Shown here piece by piece: positions 48,984 through 60,240 of a stretch of 64,000 bases of DNA (position 1 is the first letter of the stretch; every line of letters starts with the position of its first letter). This DNA comes from Candidatus Omnitrophota bacterium. GTDB taxonomy: Bacteria; Omnitrophota; Omnitrophia; Omnitrophales; Aquincolibacteriaceae. Both the position numbers and the translations under genes were made by a program. The notes beneath the pieces were generated by a model. It had not been told where the DNA came from, did no database searches, and worked only from the letters and a program-made list of their open reading frames with translations. The stretch covers positions 197,523 to 261,522 of the forward strand of contig JAKLIQ010000002.1 in assembly GCA_022709525.1 (NCBI GenBank), written 5' to 3'.

Positions 48984-49438
48984 GTCTTTCCTCCCGCCCC
49001 GATCACCGGATCCGGCGCGGAACCCATAATGTTTTCGGCGATCATTTCAAGCGTGATTTTTTCATAAAAATTGTCGAGCGTTTTTTGGGTTTGATACCAG
49101 ATCGGCTTCAGTTTGCAGAGAGAAAAATGTTTGCACACGATATTTTTGCGCCGTTTGGGCGCGCAAAAAACCTCGAACGTGCTTCCTTCAAGGGCTTCCA
49201 CGATCTCTTTTAAATTAATGTCCTCGGGAGGGCGCGTGAGCATCCATCCTCCTTTATTACCCTGTTGGGAAACAACGATCCCCGCCCGGCGGAGACCTTG
49301 GAGGATCTTTTCCGTAAAAGCCGTCGAAAACCCCTCGTGTTCGGCGATCTCTTTGACCGTGATCGAATCCGGCCAGGCCTTTTTTGCCATATGCGCCAAA
49401 CAGATAACGCCATATTCGGTTTTTGTCGTGAATCTCAT
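48980..49438 (-). CDS. Rrf2-family transcriptional regulator (IscR/SufR-like, three-Cys cluster-binding motif)
   Basis: [18 protein letters not shown] wHTH; Cys triad [20 protein letters not shown] at 49436-49438 with GGAAGGTG RBS. Stop overlaps the sufB start by 4 nt. Confidence 0.8.
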   Translation of the reverse strand: MRFTTKTEYGVICLAHMAKKAWPDSITVKEIAEHEGFSTAFTEKILQGLRRAGIVVSQQGNKGGWMLTRPPEDINLKEIVEALEGSTFEVFCAPKRRKNIVCKHFSLCKLKPIWYQTQKTLDNFYEKITLEMIAENIMGSAPDPVIGAGGKT

Positions 49439-49550
49439 GATCCGCACCTTCCTATAGAAGGAATTGTACCAAACCAGACTAATTTTGTCCAGTTTCAATT
49501 GATAATCCGATTCCTTTCTAAGTTATTGGGAAATAATGAGTTAGAAGATG

Positions 49551-49940
49551 CTAGGAATTTCCGCCGAAAATACTCGCGACAAGATCTTTCCAGCCGGAAC
49601 CGAACTTGTGGCTCGCCTGCGCCTGAATAACCTTGACGGTGATCCTGGCTCCGCCCTCCCAGGGCCATAAAAAAACATACTCGAAAAGGTCCCCGTCCTG
49701 GCGGAAATACATGGTCTGGTTCTTGCGGATCCCCCCGTAGGGCTTGGCCAAGCGGTTTGATTCGCCGGACGGCAGTTCCCCTTCGGGTTTAAGCGCGGGA
49801 CCAAAACGGGCGGTTAAAAGGCCGGTCAGGCCGGCAAGGACATCCCGGGCGATGACCACTTCCAGGTAATCCGCGGTTTGGACCCGCTCTTCATCGAGCT
49901 TGAGCTTGCGGATCGCTCCGAGAAATTCGAGAAATGTCAT
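49551..49940 (-). CDS. Hypothetical protein
   Basis: 129-aa ORF whose start overlaps the upstream gene's stop by 4 nt. No recognised motif. Confidence 0.4.
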   Translation of the reverse strand: MTFLEFLGAIRKLKLDEERVQTADYLEVVIARDVLAGLTGLLTARFGPALKPEGELPSGESNRLAKPYGGIRKNQTMYFRQDGDLFEYVFLWPWEGGARITVKVIQAQASHKFGSGWKDLVASIFGGNS

Positions 49941-50488
49941 ACTTTCCCGGCCGTTCCCGCCGGCTCCGGTTTCTCGAAGCGGAATGTCCGGATCGCGGCA
50001 AGAAAGGAAGGGTAGTTCATCGGAAAACTATCTTCCGTATCGCGGAAAGTCACGGAAAAAAGTTTTCCGTTATGGATCGTGACATAGTTGAGGTATTTGG
50101 AGAAGATCTTCCCCTCCATCATGTCCTTAAATTTCCCCGGTTTGATGGTATACATGCAGAATTTGGCTTTTTGCCCGCCGAGGGTCGCCATGTTCTGGAC
50201 CCGGATATCGATCGAATCGAACTCGGGGCTAAAAAGATCCTCCCATCGTAATTGGTCGACGGTCTTGTTTTCATCCAGTTCCCGTTCGGTCACGTGAAAA
50301 GTGGCTAGGGTGTTCTTTTTCCCGTAGGAAACGACCACATTTTGAAGCGGGACCGGCAGCTCGACCCATTCCCCGGAGGGAGAGATCGAGAAATCTCTAG
50401 GCGAAACGCTCTTGGGTTGCGCGGCGAGAAAAACCGAGGGAAACGATAAAAAAAAGACCAGAAAAAGAACGCCGCATCGGCGGAACAT
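49937..50488 (-). CDS. Exported hypothetical protein (signal peptide)
   Basis: MFRRCGVLFLVFFLSFPSVFLAAQP signal peptide. ATG at 50486-50488, directly after the NlpC/P60 stop. Confidence 0.5.
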   Translation of the reverse strand: MFRRCGVLFLVFFLSFPSVFLAAQPKSVSPRDFSISPSGEWVELPVPLQNVVVSYGKKNTLATFHVTERELDENKTVDQLRWEDLFSPEFDSIDIRVQNMATLGGQKAKFCMYTIKPGKFKDMMEGKIFSKYLNYVTIHNGKLFSVTFRDTEDSFPMNYPSFLAAIRTFRFEKPEPAGTAGKV

Positions 50489-50489
50489 C

Positions 50490-51863
50490 CTAGTCGACCT
50501 CGTTGATCGAAACGATGCGGTCAAAAAGCGAGCTGATATAGGAATTCCCGTTCAGGTCAAGATCGGAGACCACCACCTGATTGATCCGGTTCTTTTCATC
50601 TTTTTTCGGGTCATCGCCAATGCGCTCCGCCCACGTAGAGTGGATCGTATAGAATTGGCCGTTCACTGTTCCCAGATAGATCATCTGGTGATGCGGCATT
50701 TTCATGAGCGTGATCCCCGGCCGGGCGGACCTTAAAACCGCTTTTTTCTCGGCTTCGTTCTGAAAAGGTTCAAAGTAACCCAGCTGGGTCCCGACCATGG
50801 CCTGCTGTTTCGAGTCCCGCGGCAGATCGATCCCGAAACTTAAAAAAACATCATGCGCGAACCCGGAACAATCCCGTCCGTTATACATCCCGCCCCAGCC
50901 GTATCGCGCGCCCAACAATTTGAAGGCCTGGCGGATCACATTCGCCTGACTGTAAACGGGAAATCCCTTGGTCACATCGCTTTTCCGGCTAATGAAACAT
51001 TTCTTGAGACCGACATTGCCGCCCTCTTTGCGATAAGGCATCCAGACCGGATATGGCCCTTCGGAAGTTTTGGAAGAAGCCATCGGGATCACGGTCCCCA
51101 TGGTAGGCCGCTGGTAGACTTCCTTCAATCCTTCGTCGCTGAAAACACGAACGCTTTCGCCTGTTACGACAAGAGAGCTCCCTGTTTTCAAGCGGGTCTT
51201 GAGCTCGTCGCGCCCCTCGAAGATCGCAATATCTTTTGCCTTGACCCATCCCCGGACATACGGCGCCTGAACATAGAACCATTTACCGTCGCTGGAGGTG
51301 TGATAAATAGCGACTGGCGTCCAAAGTTTGATCAGCGTGAATTGCAACTGATCGAACTCATAATCCCCCTGCCCTTCGATCATCTTGAACATCGTGGGAA
51401 GCGCCCGCACCGATGTCGCGCGAGTGGCGACGCCCCATTTTACTTTGATCTTGGAGGGGACCTGATCGATCTGCACGAGCGGCTTGATATTGTCCTCAAA
51501 AAAACTTTTGGGGACCACTTTGTCCTGGGCGTCGAAAAGTTTCCGGTTCTTAAGCGTGCTGTATTCGAGCTGGAGCTGATCCGCCACTGCCTTGCCAGGC
51601 CGCGTTTTGTCAAGTTTCAGCACGTCAATATTTTCGGGAACCATGCTCTTGATCTCGTCGTTGAAATGCTTGATCTGATCCATGGTCTTAACGGGTTTTT
51701 CTGCCCCGGGGATGCGCCGGATCCAGTAATCGGGAGACTGCATCGCGGGCGTCGCGCTCGTTAAAATGAGCGGGCCTTTCGGAAGAGGCGGAAGTTCTTC
51801 ATCGGCGTAAACGGAAGTAAAAAGAAAAAAAACAGCGCAAGAGGATAAAAGAATTTTTTTCAT
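50490..51863 (-). CDS. Secreted NlpC/P60 family peptidoglycan hydrolase with N-terminal SH3-like region
   Basis: Signal peptide MKKILLSSCAVFFLFTSVYA. Catalytic RYGWGGMYNGRDCSGFAHDVF followed by a His-containing region. Confidence 0.7.
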   Translation of the reverse strand: MKKILLSSCAVFFLFTSVYADEELPPLPKGPLILTSATPAMQSPDYWIRRIPGAEKPVKTMDQIKHFNDEIKSMVPENIDVLKLDKTRPGKAVADQLQLEYSTLKNRKLFDAQDKVVPKSFFEDNIKPLVQIDQVPSKIKVKWGVATRATSVRALPTMFKMIEGQGDYEFDQLQFTLIKLWTPVAIYHTSSDGKWFYVQAPYVRGWVKAKDIAIFEGRDELKTRLKTGSSLVVTGESVRVFSDEGLKEVYQRPTMGTVIPMASSKTSEGPYPVWMPYRKEGGNVGLKKCFISRKSDVTKGFPVYSQANVIRQAFKLLGARYGWGGMYNGRDCSGFAHDVFLSFGIDLPRDSKQQAMVGTQLGYFEPFQNEAEKKAVLRSARPGITLMKMPHHQMIYLGTVNGQFYTIHSTWAERIGDDPKKDEKNRINQVVVSDLDLNGNSYISSLFDRIVSINEVD

Positions 51864-51986
51864 GAAAACCTCATTATTCAATGTTAACGCGGAAGCGAGA
51901 CCCCCGGACGACATTGCGTAATCTACTCATAAAAACGGCCGCTGGCTACGGATTTTGTATTCTTTAACGGCTAAAACGGCTCCCGC

Positions 51987-53240
51987 TTAAAGGCGGGGTC
52001 GAAACTTCGCCGCGATCGATCTACCGGCGACGGCCCCGCTTGCCCATGCCCACTGAAAATTAAATCCGCCGATCCGCCCATCCACATCAAGGATCTCCCC
52101 GGCAAAGAAAAGACCGGGGCACCGTTTGGATTCGAGGGTTTTGGCGTCAACTTCGTTTAGGTCCACGCCGCCGGAGGTGACTTCGGCTTTTTCGTAGCCA
52201 AAAGCGCCGGCAACCGGAAGCGGCCAGTGGAAAAGGGAGCGGAAAAACGCGTTTTTTTCTTTTTTGGGGATCTGATCAAAACGGGCTTTAGGGTCGATGC
52301 CGCTTTTCTTCAAAAGAACCTCGGCTAAACGCTCGGGCAAATAAAGGGCTAGGACGCGTTTCCATGTCCGGCTTGAATGCTCTGCGGCGTTTTTTTCAAG
52401 CGAGGCCCAAAGGGCCGCTTCCCCGAGATCGGGCAGGAAATCCCCGATCAGTTTTTTATCTTCTTCTTCGCATCGCATCCATGAGCCGCTAATATCGAGA
52501 ACGGCGGGCCCGCTGAATCCGGTGTGCGTCAGAAGCAAAGGGCCGTGACTTTGGGCCACGCTCTTTCCGTTCGTAACGATCGAAAGTTTGACCGGAAGCG
52601 TGATGCCGGCAAGACCTGTCCAGTCGGAGTCGTTGGTCATGAGGGGCGCTAAGGCCGGCGCGGTCGGAACGATCGAATGCCCGAATGAACTTGCCAACGC
52701 GTAACCGGACCCATCGCTTCCTGTTTCCGGGTAAGAAAGGCCTCCCGTCGCGATCACGACCGCTTGGGCGGCATACGTAAAATCGCTGCCGGTAATTTGA
52801 AATCGACCGTCACGGAAAGAAACCGTCCGGACCCTTTTTCCTTTTGCGACCACAACGCCCGCGTCTTCGGCGGCCCGGACCAGCGCCTGCAGCACAAATT
52901 TGGCGGATTGCGCCTTGGGAAAGTATTTGGTCTTTTCTTCAAGGACCATGTCAACGCCGAGTTCTTTAAAAAAATCGAGGGTCCTGTTAGAGGGAAAAGC
53001 GCGGAGGATGTTCCGGACGGTCCGCGGCGCACCTGTCCGATAGTCCTTTTCTTCAGCTTTCAGGCTTGAAATATTGCAGCGGCCGCCTCCCGAGATAAGG
53101 ATCTTGGCCCCGATCGTCTCCTTAGCATCGAGAAGCAATACCCGCACCCCTTCCCGAGCGCAGGTGATCGCGGCCATAAAACCGGACGGACCGGCTCCCA
53201 CGATCACGACATCCCAGTTTTTTTCTCCGGAAACGGTCAT
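51987..53240 (-). CDS. HI0933/BaiN-like NAD(P)/FAD-dependent oxidoreductase
   Basis: DVVIVGAGPSGFMAA dinucleotide-binding motif; 417 aa. Sequence resembles the HI0933-like flavoprotein family throughout. Confidence 0.7.
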   Translation of the reverse strand: MTVSGEKNWDVVIVGAGPSGFMAAITCAREGVRVLLLDAKETIGAKILISGGGRCNISSLKAEEKDYRTGAPRTVRNILRAFPSNRTLDFFKELGVDMVLEEKTKYFPKAQSAKFVLQALVRAAEDAGVVVAKGKRVRTVSFRDGRFQITGSDFTYAAQAVVIATGGLSYPETGSDGSGYALASSFGHSIVPTAPALAPLMTNDSDWTGLAGITLPVKLSIVTNGKSVAQSHGPLLLTHTGFSGPAVLDISGSWMRCEEEDKKLIGDFLPDLGEAALWASLEKNAAEHSSRTWKRVLALYLPERLAEVLLKKSGIDPKARFDQIPKKEKNAFFRSLFHWPLPVAGAFGYEKAEVTSGGVDLNEVDAKTLESKRCPGLFFAGEILDVDGRIGGFNFQWAWASGAVAGRSIAAKFRPRL

Positions 53241-53259
53241 AGTTTAAAAACTACCGAAA

Positions 53260-53928
53260 CTAATCCTCAAGGATCGTGACCTTGGTCATGGCGATCTTCT
53301 GGACCGGTTTGTCCTGGCGATCGCGCGGAGCATGGGCGATCTTCTCGACCACATCCATCCCTTGCGTCACCTGGCCGAAAACGGAGTGGCGGTCATCAAG
53401 CCAAGGCGTCGGCGCGTCGGTAATAAAAAACTGGCTTCCGTTCGTGTTCGGGCCGGAATTCGCCATGGAAAGCACGCCGGGTTTATCATGGCGCAATTTC
53501 TTAGAGAACTCATCGTTGAACTTATATCCCGGTCCGCCCATCCCGGTCCCGGTCGGATCGCCGGTCTGGATCATGAAATCCGGGATCACGCGGTGAAAGA
53601 TGATGCCATCATAAAAACCTTTTTTGGCGAGCGTCGCAAAATTTTCAACGGTCTTCGGCGCTTCGTCCTTGTAAAGGTCGGCGTAGATGTCGCCCATGGT
53701 GGTTTCGATTTTGATCTTCATGATCGTTTCGTCCTTTCTGGTTTCGAGAGTTGAAATTGAAGCGGTAGTGGATTGAGCCGGGGCCGTTACGGAGGCCGTA
53801 GCTACCGAAGCGCCTGAAGCAACCGCCTCCCCGCAATGAAGGCATTCCGAAACCGGCGGCGCAACAGTAGAAGTCCGGGCGCATCCGGCGAGAAGTAACA
53901 TGCAAAAAAACAGGGGCCATTTTTTCAT
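53260..53928 (-). CDS. ppiB: Cyclophilin-type peptidyl-prolyl cis-trans isomerase, lipoprotein
   Basis: Lipobox [16 protein letters not shown]; cyclophilin core [18 protein letters not shown] at 53926-53928 with AGGAAAGGAAAA RBS. Confidence 0.8.
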   Translation of the reverse strand: MKKWPLFFCMLLLAGCARTSTVAPPVSECLHCGEAVASGASVATASVTAPAQSTTASISTLETRKDETIMKIKIETTMGDIYADLYKDEAPKTVENFATLAKKGFYDGIIFHRVIPDFMIQTGDPTGTGMGGPGYKFNDEFSKKLRHDKPGVLSMANSGPNTNGSQFFITDAPTPWLDDRHSVFGQVTQGMDVVEKIAHAPRDRQDKPVQKIAMTKVTILED

Positions 53929-53951
53929 AAATTTTCCTTTCCTGTTTTGGA

Positions 53952-55805
53952 TCAAGAAGAGCCGAGACGTTTGCCGGCGGCAACACGCGCCATAGCCCGC
54001 CGTTCATTTTCTGTTAAGTATCTTTTTCGAAGCCGGATGTTCTTCGGCGTGATCTCGACCAGTTCGTCCTCTTCGATGAACTCCAGGGCGAACTCAAGCG
54101 TCATTTCCCTCGGCGGGACCAGCTGGATCGCCTCATCGGCTCCGGAAGAACGCATATTGGTCTGCTTCTTTTCGCGGATCGCGTTCACGACAAGATCGTG
54201 GCCTTTATTGTTCACGCCGACGATCATCCCTTCATAGAGAATGCTGCCGGGTTGCACGAAGATCTCGCCGCGCTCCTGAAGCCCCCAAAGCGCGTAAGCT
54301 ACCGCTTTGCCGTCCAGTTGGGAGATCAAAACGCCCGATTGACGCTCCGGCATCTCGCCCTTGAACGGCTGATATTCAAAGAAATTCTGATACATGATAC
54401 CCGTTCCGCGCGTCATGACCATAAATTCATTTCGAAACCCCAAGAGCGCCCGGGACGCGACGTGGAATTCCATGCGGACCGTGCCGCCCACCGCGCTCAT
54501 ATTCATATGTTTCATTTCCGCCCGCCGTTTGCCGAGCGATTCGATCACGGACCCCTGGTAAACAGGATCCACCTCGACCGTCACTTCCTCGACCGGTTCA
54601 TAAGTCTCGCCTTCGATCGTCTTGAAGATCACTTTGGGCGGAGAAACCTCAAGCTCATAGCCCTCGCGGCGCATGGTCTCGATCAGGATCGCAAGATGCA
54701 GTTCGCCGCGCCCCGAAACCTTGAAACGCTCGCCGCCCTCTACTTCTTCGACCTTGATCCCGACATTCATCATGGCTTCATGGGCCAACCGTTCGCGGAT
54801 ATGGCGGGACGTGAGGAACCGGCCGCCGTCTTTGCCGGCCAGCGGGCTCGTGTTGTGGGAGAAATTCATAGAGATCGTAGGCTCATCGATCTTCAAAGTC
54901 GGGAGCGCCTCCGGTTTTTCGGGAGAAGCAAGCGTTTCGCCCACCTTAACATCATCGACCCCGCTGATCGAAATAATATCCCCGGCCATCGCCTCCTGGA
55001 CCTCGACCCGCTGAAGCCCTTGATATTTCAGGATCTTGGTCACTTTGCCGCGGACGATTTCGCCGCTGTGTTTGATGACGACCATGGGATCGCCATAACG
55101 GATCTGGCCGTGAACGATGCGGCCGATCGCGATGCAGCCGACATAGTTATCGTGATCAAGCATGGTCACAAGCATCTGGAACGGCTGCTCGGGATCCGCG
55201 ATCGGCGGCAGGACGCGGTGAAGGATCGTTTCAAGAAGCGGCGTCATATCCTTATGCTCGTCTTCCAGCGCGAGCGCGGCCCACCCTTCGCGGCCCGAAG
55301 CGTAAACTACGGGAAAATCGAGCTGTTCTTCCGTCGCGTTCAGCTCGCAAAAAAGATCAAAGGTCATATCCATCACTTCATGCGGCCGGCAATTCGGGCG
55401 ATCGACCTTATTAATGACAAGGATCGGTTTCAGGTGAAGCTCGAGGGATTTACGCAAAACGAATTTTGTCTGAGGCATCGGGCCGTCAAAGGCGTCCACG
55501 AGTAGCAGAACCCCGTCGACCATTTTAAGGATGCGCTCCACCTCGCTGCCGAAATCTGCGTGGCCGGGCGTGTCAACAATATTGAACTGAACGTCCTTGT
55601 AACGGAACGAGGCGTTCTTAGAAAAGATCGTGATCCCGCGCTCGCGCTCCAGGTCGTTGGAATCCATGATGGTGGATTCCCCGGCCTCGAACTTGTAGGC
55701 GCCGCTTTGCTTGAGAAGGGCGTCGACCAGCGTGGTCTTCCCGTGATCGACGTGTGCGACGATCGCGACATTACGGACATCTTTGCGTCTTTTTTGTGAG
55801 GACAT
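53952..55805 (-). CDS. typA: Translational GTPase TypA/BipA
   Basis: [26 protein letters not shown] and NKVD G-motifs; 617 aa. Confidence 0.9.
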   Translation of the reverse strand: MSSQKRRKDVRNVAIVAHVDHGKTTLVDALLKQSGAYKFEAGESTIMDSNDLERERGITIFSKNASFRYKDVQFNIVDTPGHADFGSEVERILKMVDGVLLLVDAFDGPMPQTKFVLRKSLELHLKPILVINKVDRPNCRPHEVMDMTFDLFCELNATEEQLDFPVVYASGREGWAALALEDEHKDMTPLLETILHRVLPPIADPEQPFQMLVTMLDHDNYVGCIAIGRIVHGQIRYGDPMVVIKHSGEIVRGKVTKILKYQGLQRVEVQEAMAGDIISISGVDDVKVGETLASPEKPEALPTLKIDEPTISMNFSHNTSPLAGKDGGRFLTSRHIRERLAHEAMMNVGIKVEEVEGGERFKVSGRGELHLAILIETMRREGYELEVSPPKVIFKTIEGETYEPVEEVTVEVDPVYQGSVIESLGKRRAEMKHMNMSAVGGTVRMEFHVASRALLGFRNEFMVMTRGTGIMYQNFFEYQPFKGEMPERQSGVLISQLDGKAVAYALWGLQERGEIFVQPGSILYEGMIVGVNNKGHDLVVNAIREKKQTNMRSSGADEAIQLVPPREMTLEFALEFIEEDELVEITPKNIRLRKRYLTENERRAMARVAAGKRLGSS

Positions 55806-55866
55806 AAAAACTCCGAAGGGGACAGCCCCTCTTGAATCTTTTAAAGGGACTATCCCCTTCTCGATA

Positions 55867-55895
55867 AAACTAAGGCCCGGCTTTTAAACCGGGCC
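55867..55895 (-). terminator. Rho-independent terminator downstream of cspA
   Basis: Minus strand aaggcccggtttaaaagccgggcctt followed by agttttat. Confidence 0.65.
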
Positions 55896-55913
55896 TTGGT
55901 GTCTTGTGACTGC

Positions 55914-56114
55914 TTAAAGCTTGACGACGTTGACCGCTTGATCACCCTTGGGACCTTTGGTGATCTCGAACTCCACGGCCTGACCTTCTTCCAGAGATTT
56001 ATAGCCTTCGCCCTGGATGGCGGTGTGATGGACAAACACATCACTGCCATTTTCCGGCGTGATGAATCCATAACCTTTTTGATTATTGAACCATTTGACT
56101 TTGCCTTTTGCCAT
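55914..56114 (-). CDS. cspA: Cold-shock protein (CspA family)
   Basis: [33 protein letters not shown], with RNP1/RNP2 motifs. Confidence 0.9.
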   Translation of the reverse strand: MAKGKVKWFNNQKGYGFITPENGSDVFVHHTAIQGEGYKSLEEGQAVEFEITKGPKGDQAVNVVKL

Positions 56115-56259
56115 GCTTCTCGAAGCTCCTTCTGTGGTTGATCATAAACCCCATCCCCTCTTCAGAAACGGGGCGGGTCTTTCCCTAAAAAGCGGCTTAC
56201 TATAACCGATTTTGGCAAGTTCCGCATTATCTTTATGGAGGGGGAGACTTTTGAGGGGA

Positions 56260-56754
56260 TCAGAATTTTTCCCAGTGGATGACTTCGGAAAGGGACCGCC
56301 GTTTCCGTTGTTTGGGCTCCCGGACCGGCCACCCGACCGAGATCAAGCTGATAAGCCTCAAGGCCTCCGGGACACCGAGAAGTTTTGAGACTTCCCCGCA
56401 GTACTCTTTTTTATCGCCCGCGATCCAGCAAGCAGCCAGCCCCAGATCCGTCGCAGCAAGCAGGATATTCTCCGTAGCCGCCGAACCGTCCTCGAGATAA
56501 TATTTGGTGTCCTGACAGAACACCACGATGCAAGCGGCCGCCTGCCGAAGAAAAACGCCCGTGCTGATGGTCTTAGCAAGCTTCTCAAGCATGGCGCGAT
56601 CCGTGAGCACGATAAACTCCCAGGGTTCCACGGCCCGGGCGCTTGGCGCGCGCCGGCCGGCATCGACAAGCTTCTCGAGCATCTCCTTGGAAACCGGCTG
56701 GTTCATGTAATCGCGAACGCTGGCGCGTTTACTTAAGGCGTCGAAAGTTTCCAT
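56260..56754 (-). CDS. Nitroreductase family protein
   Basis: RASVRDY...RAPSARAVEPWEFIV nitroreductase N-terminal signature; 164 aa. Confidence 0.75.
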   Translation of the reverse strand: METFDALSKRASVRDYMNQPVSKEMLEKLVDAGRRAPSARAVEPWEFIVLTDRAMLEKLAKTISTGVFLRQAAACIVVFCQDTKYYLEDGSAATENILLAATDLGLAACWIAGDKKEYCGEVSKLLGVPEALRLISLISVGWPVREPKQRKRRSLSEVIHWEKF

Positions 56755-56755
56755 A

Positions 56756-57949
56756 TTAGTTTTTTTTCACGAGCTCGGCGAACTTTTTGCCGTATTCGTA
56801 ACATTGTTTTAACTGCGTCTCATCGGGCGCGTATTGAACTGAAAGGGCCGGCTGGACGATCTCAACCCCCGAAGCCGCGAGCGTGCTTTGAAGCGACTGG
56901 ATCGCCACGCCCGACCAGCCGTAGGAACCGAAAGCGCAACCGATACGGTTCTTCGGGTGGAGGCCTTTTAAAAATTCCATAAAAGCCGTCATGTTCGGAA
57001 GGATCCCGCTATCGTGGTTGGAGGAACCCACGATGTAACCCTTCGCGCCGAACATTTCCGTGATCGCCTCGGTCCGGTCCGATTCGGCGATATCAAAAAG
57101 CTCATAAGGAACCCCGGCGTCGGCGATCCCTTCGACGATCTTTTCGGCCATTTTTGCCGTGGAACCCCACATGGTTTCATATACCACCACGATCTTGGGT
57201 TCCGTCGCATTGGACGACCAGCGTTTGTAGGCCGCGATGATCTTCGCTGGGTCCTTACGCCAGCTTAAGCCGTGCGCCGTTGCGATCATCTTGATCGGGA
57301 TCTTCATTTTTTCGATCTCTTCGAGCCGTTGCGCGATAAGATGGCTGAAGGGCCAAAGGATATTCGCGTAATATTTCGCGGTTTCCTCCATCAGCGCTTC
57401 CTGCGGCACTTCATCATCAAAACGCTGACTTGTGGCGTAATGCTGTCCGAATGCGTCGTTGGAAAAAAGGATCTGGTCTTCGACAAGATAGGTCATCATG
57501 CTATCCGGCCAGTGGATCATGGGGATCTCGATGAATTGAAGCGTCCGTTTTCCGAGACTTAGCCTGTCGCCGGTTTTAACCTCTTGAAAATCAATCTTCT
57601 GGTGGTAGTAACGATAAAGCCCCTGCCCGCAACGCGCGGTGCCGTAGACTTTTGCTTTAGGGCAAAGCTTCAGGAGCGCGGGCAACGCGCCGGAGTGATC
57701 CGGCTCGACGTGATTAGCGATGATCGTATCGATCTTTTCGACCGGAACGACCGTCTTAATGCGTTCGAACATTTCTTCCGTAAAGGGCGCGTACGCCGTA
57801 TCGATCAACGTGATCTTTTCATCGATAATCAAATAGGCGTTGTAGGTCGTGCCGCGTTTGGTCGTGAAGGTGTGCCCGTGAAAATGCTTGGCGTTCCAGT
57901 CGATCGCGCCGACCCACCAGATATCTTTTGCTATAGGAATCGCTTTCAT
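56756..57949 (-). CDS. Flavodiiron protein, second copy
   Basis: NHVEPDHSGA diiron motif, 397 aa, flavodoxin-like C-terminus. Paralog of 21830..23023. Confidence 0.85.
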   Translation of the reverse strand: MKAIPIAKDIWWVGAIDWNAKHFHGHTFTTKRGTTYNAYLIIDEKITLIDTAYAPFTEEMFERIKTVVPVEKIDTIIANHVEPDHSGALPALLKLCPKAKVYGTARCGQGLYRYYHQKIDFQEVKTGDRLSLGKRTLQFIEIPMIHWPDSMMTYLVEDQILFSNDAFGQHYATSQRFDDEVPQEALMEETAKYYANILWPFSHLIAQRLEEIEKMKIPIKMIATAHGLSWRKDPAKIIAAYKRWSSNATEPKIVVVYETMWGSTAKMAEKIVEGIADAGVPYELFDIAESDRTEAITEMFGAKGYIVGSSNHDSGILPNMTAFMEFLKGLHPKNRIGCAFGSYGWSGVAIQSLQSTLAASGVEIVQPALSVQYAPDETQLKQCYEYGKKFAELVKKN

Positions 57950-57961
57950 GGAAAACCCTGT

Positions 57962-58450
57962 TTACTTCCTTTGACCGAGAATGCCATCGAGAATGAGGAG
58001 CGAATTGCCCGTTTTGCCGCCAATCGCAAGTTTTTGAAGAATATCCGCAAGCTGCGCCTCTTCCTCGACCTGCTCATTCAAAAACCACAAAAGGAAGGAC
58101 TCGGTCGCATAATCGTCTTCCTTTTTAGCGGCAGCCATGAGGTTTGCGATCCGTTGCGTAACTTTTTTCTCATGGGTCAATGATTGCTCAAAAAGTCCGG
58201 CCGCAGAAATGAATTTTACTCCTGGTGCCGCGACATCTTCCAGCGCCACTTCCCCGCCTTGCTCCTGGATGTAGTGATAGAACTTCATCCCGTGCTCCAT
58301 TTCTTCTTTGGCCTGGGTTTTAAACCAGCCGGCGAAACCGTTTAACCCGAGCGAAGAAGCGTAAGCGGCCATCCCGAGATAAAGATAGGCCGAATGGAAC
58401 TCAAAATTAAGTTGATCGTTCAAAGCTGCTGTCATCTTTTTGCTGATCAT
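57962..58450 (-). CDS. ftn: Ferritin (non-haem, FtnA-like)
   Basis: LNDQLNFEFHSAYLYLGMAAY...EEMEHGMKFYHYI ferroxidase-centre motifs. Start at MISKKM (ATG 58448-58450) with AGGAAA RBS. Confidence 0.8.
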   Translation of the reverse strand: MISKKMTAALNDQLNFEFHSAYLYLGMAAYASSLGLNGFAGWFKTQAKEEMEHGMKFYHYIQEQGGEVALEDVAAPGVKFISAAGLFEQSLTHEKKVTQRIANLMAAAKKEDDYATESFLLWFLNEQVEEEAQLADILQKLAIGGKTGNSLLILDGILGQRK

Positions 58451-58452
58451 TT

Positions 58453-60240
58453 TTATTTTCCTTTCTTTTTCTTTGAAGTTGGAAGGACATTGTCCATCAC
58501 GGCGCCCGTATGAGCGCTTAGAACATGGCGGGCATAACGGCCGAGCCATCCGCCCGTAACTTTTGGAACAAATGGTTTCAATTGGGATAACCGTTTTTTG
58601 ATCTCTTTGGCCGGAAGCTCGATATCAAGCGTACGCTTGACGGCGTCAATATTGATCCTGTCGCCGTTTTTGATGATCGCGATCGGACCGCCCGCCGCCG
58701 CCTCGGGCGAAATATGCCCGATGCAAAGCCCGCGCGTACCGCCGGAGAAACGGCCGTCTGTGATAAGCGCCGCTTTGATCCCGCGGCCTTTCAAAGCCGA
58801 GGTCGGTGAAAGCATTTCCTGCATCCCCGGACCGCCCCGGGGGCCTTCATAGCGAATCACCACGACATCTCCGTCGACAACTTTTCCCTTCAGGATCGCC
58901 TCAAGCGCGCTTTCCTGCGAATCATAACATTTTGCGCGGCCGGTAAATTGCATCATATCTTTTTCCACGCCGGCTGTTTTAACCACCGCACCTTCCGGAG
59001 CGATATTCCCGTAAAGAATGGCGAGACCGCCCTCTTTGGAAAAAACTTTTCCGCCTGCGCGGATCACATCGCCATCCGCATTAGGGGCTTTTTCGACCCT
59101 ATCTTTCAAGGTCCCGGTGCACGTTTTCAAGTTCAACTTAAGCGGTGCCCTTCCATCCTGCGCGACCGCTTTAAGGATCGCGGCGATCCCGCCGACTCGG
59201 TCGACGTCTTCAATGTGAACATCCGGCCTTGACGGAGAAACTTTGCAGAAAGTCGGCGTCAGTTTGGCGAGCTGATTGATCCTCTGAAGCGGGTAAGTGA
59301 TCCCGGCTTCGCAGGCAAGCGCGAGCGTATGAAGCACTGTGTTGCTCGAACCGCCCATGGCAAGATCGAGGATGAACGCGTTATCGATCGCTTGATGCGT
59401 CACGATGTCGAGCGGACGGATATTATTTTTAAGAACATACTCAAGCGTGTCCGCCGCGCGCTCGACTAACCTGATCCGTTCGGGATTGATCGTCCAGGTC
59501 ATTTTTTCGCGGTCCACCCAAGCGGCGGCGGGGATGGTGCCGTTACCGGGCTGCGCCAGACCGATCACTTCCGCGAGACAATTCATAGAATTCGCCGTAA
59601 ACATTCCCGCGCAACTGCCGCAGGTCCGGCACGCAGTATTGGCAAGATCTTCCAACTGACTTCCCGACATTTTGCCCGCTGCTTCACTGCCCACGCCTTC
59701 AAAGATGGTGATCAAATCCGTATTTTTCCGGCCGGCTAACATAGGACCGCCGCTGACGTAAACCGAAGGAATATTGAGCCGCACCATGGCATTCAACATT
59801 CCCGGAATGATCTTGTCGCAATTGCCGATCCCGATCCAGCCGTCACAGGGATGCGCGCCGATGATGCTTTCGATCTGGTCGGTAATGAGCTCGCGCGACG
59901 GAAGCGAATATTTCATCCCGAAGTGGCCCATCGCGATCCCGTCGCAGATCGCGGCGCCGATATTGGCGTACCAAACGTTGTAACCCTTGACCTTAAGCGC
60001 TTCGACCAGTTTTTCGCCGAGCACGTTCAGATGGACATGGCCGGGAATATGGGTCGTGTAGGAATTAATGACGGTCACAAATGGCTTCTTACGGTCCGCG
60101 ATCGTCTTGAGCGTCCCCGCCGCGACCATCAGGCCGGCTGATGGAAGCGTGTGCTTCCCTTCGGCCACAACGCGGCTTCCGTATTTTTGTATCGCTTCGA
60201 TCCCGGGATTCACGGCTTTTCTCATCTTGTTCCCCTTCAC
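58453..60240 (-). CDS. ilvD: Dihydroxy-acid dehydratase
   Basis: [29 protein letters not shown] and SGGPMLAGR IlvD/EDD signatures. Confidence 0.9.
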   Translation of the reverse strand: MKGNKMRKAVNPGIEAIQKYGSRVVAEGKHTLPSAGLMVAAGTLKTIADRKKPFVTVINSYTTHIPGHVHLNVLGEKLVEALKVKGYNVWYANIGAAICDGIAMGHFGMKYSLPSRELITDQIESIIGAHPCDGWIGIGNCDKIIPGMLNAMVRLNIPSVYVSGGPMLAGRKNTDLITIFEGVGSEAAGKMSGSQLEDLANTACRTCGSCAGMFTANSMNCLAEVIGLAQPGNGTIPAAAWVDREKMTWTINPERIRLVERAADTLEYVLKNNIRPLDIVTHQAIDNAFILDLAMGGSSNTVLHTLALACEAGITYPLQRINQLAKLTPTFCKVSPSRPDVHIEDVDRVGGIAAILKAVAQDGRAPLKLNLKTCTGTLKDRVEKAPNADGDVIRAGGKVFSKEGGLAILYGNIAPEGAVVKTAGVEKDMMQFTGRAKCYDSQESALEAILKGKVVDGDVVVIRYEGPRGGPGMQEMLSPTSALKGRGIKAALITDGRFSGGTRGLCIGHISPEAAAGGPIAIIKNGDRINIDAVKRTLDIELPAKEIKKRLSQLKPFVPKVTGGWLGRYARHVLSAHTGAVMDNVLPTSKKKKGK

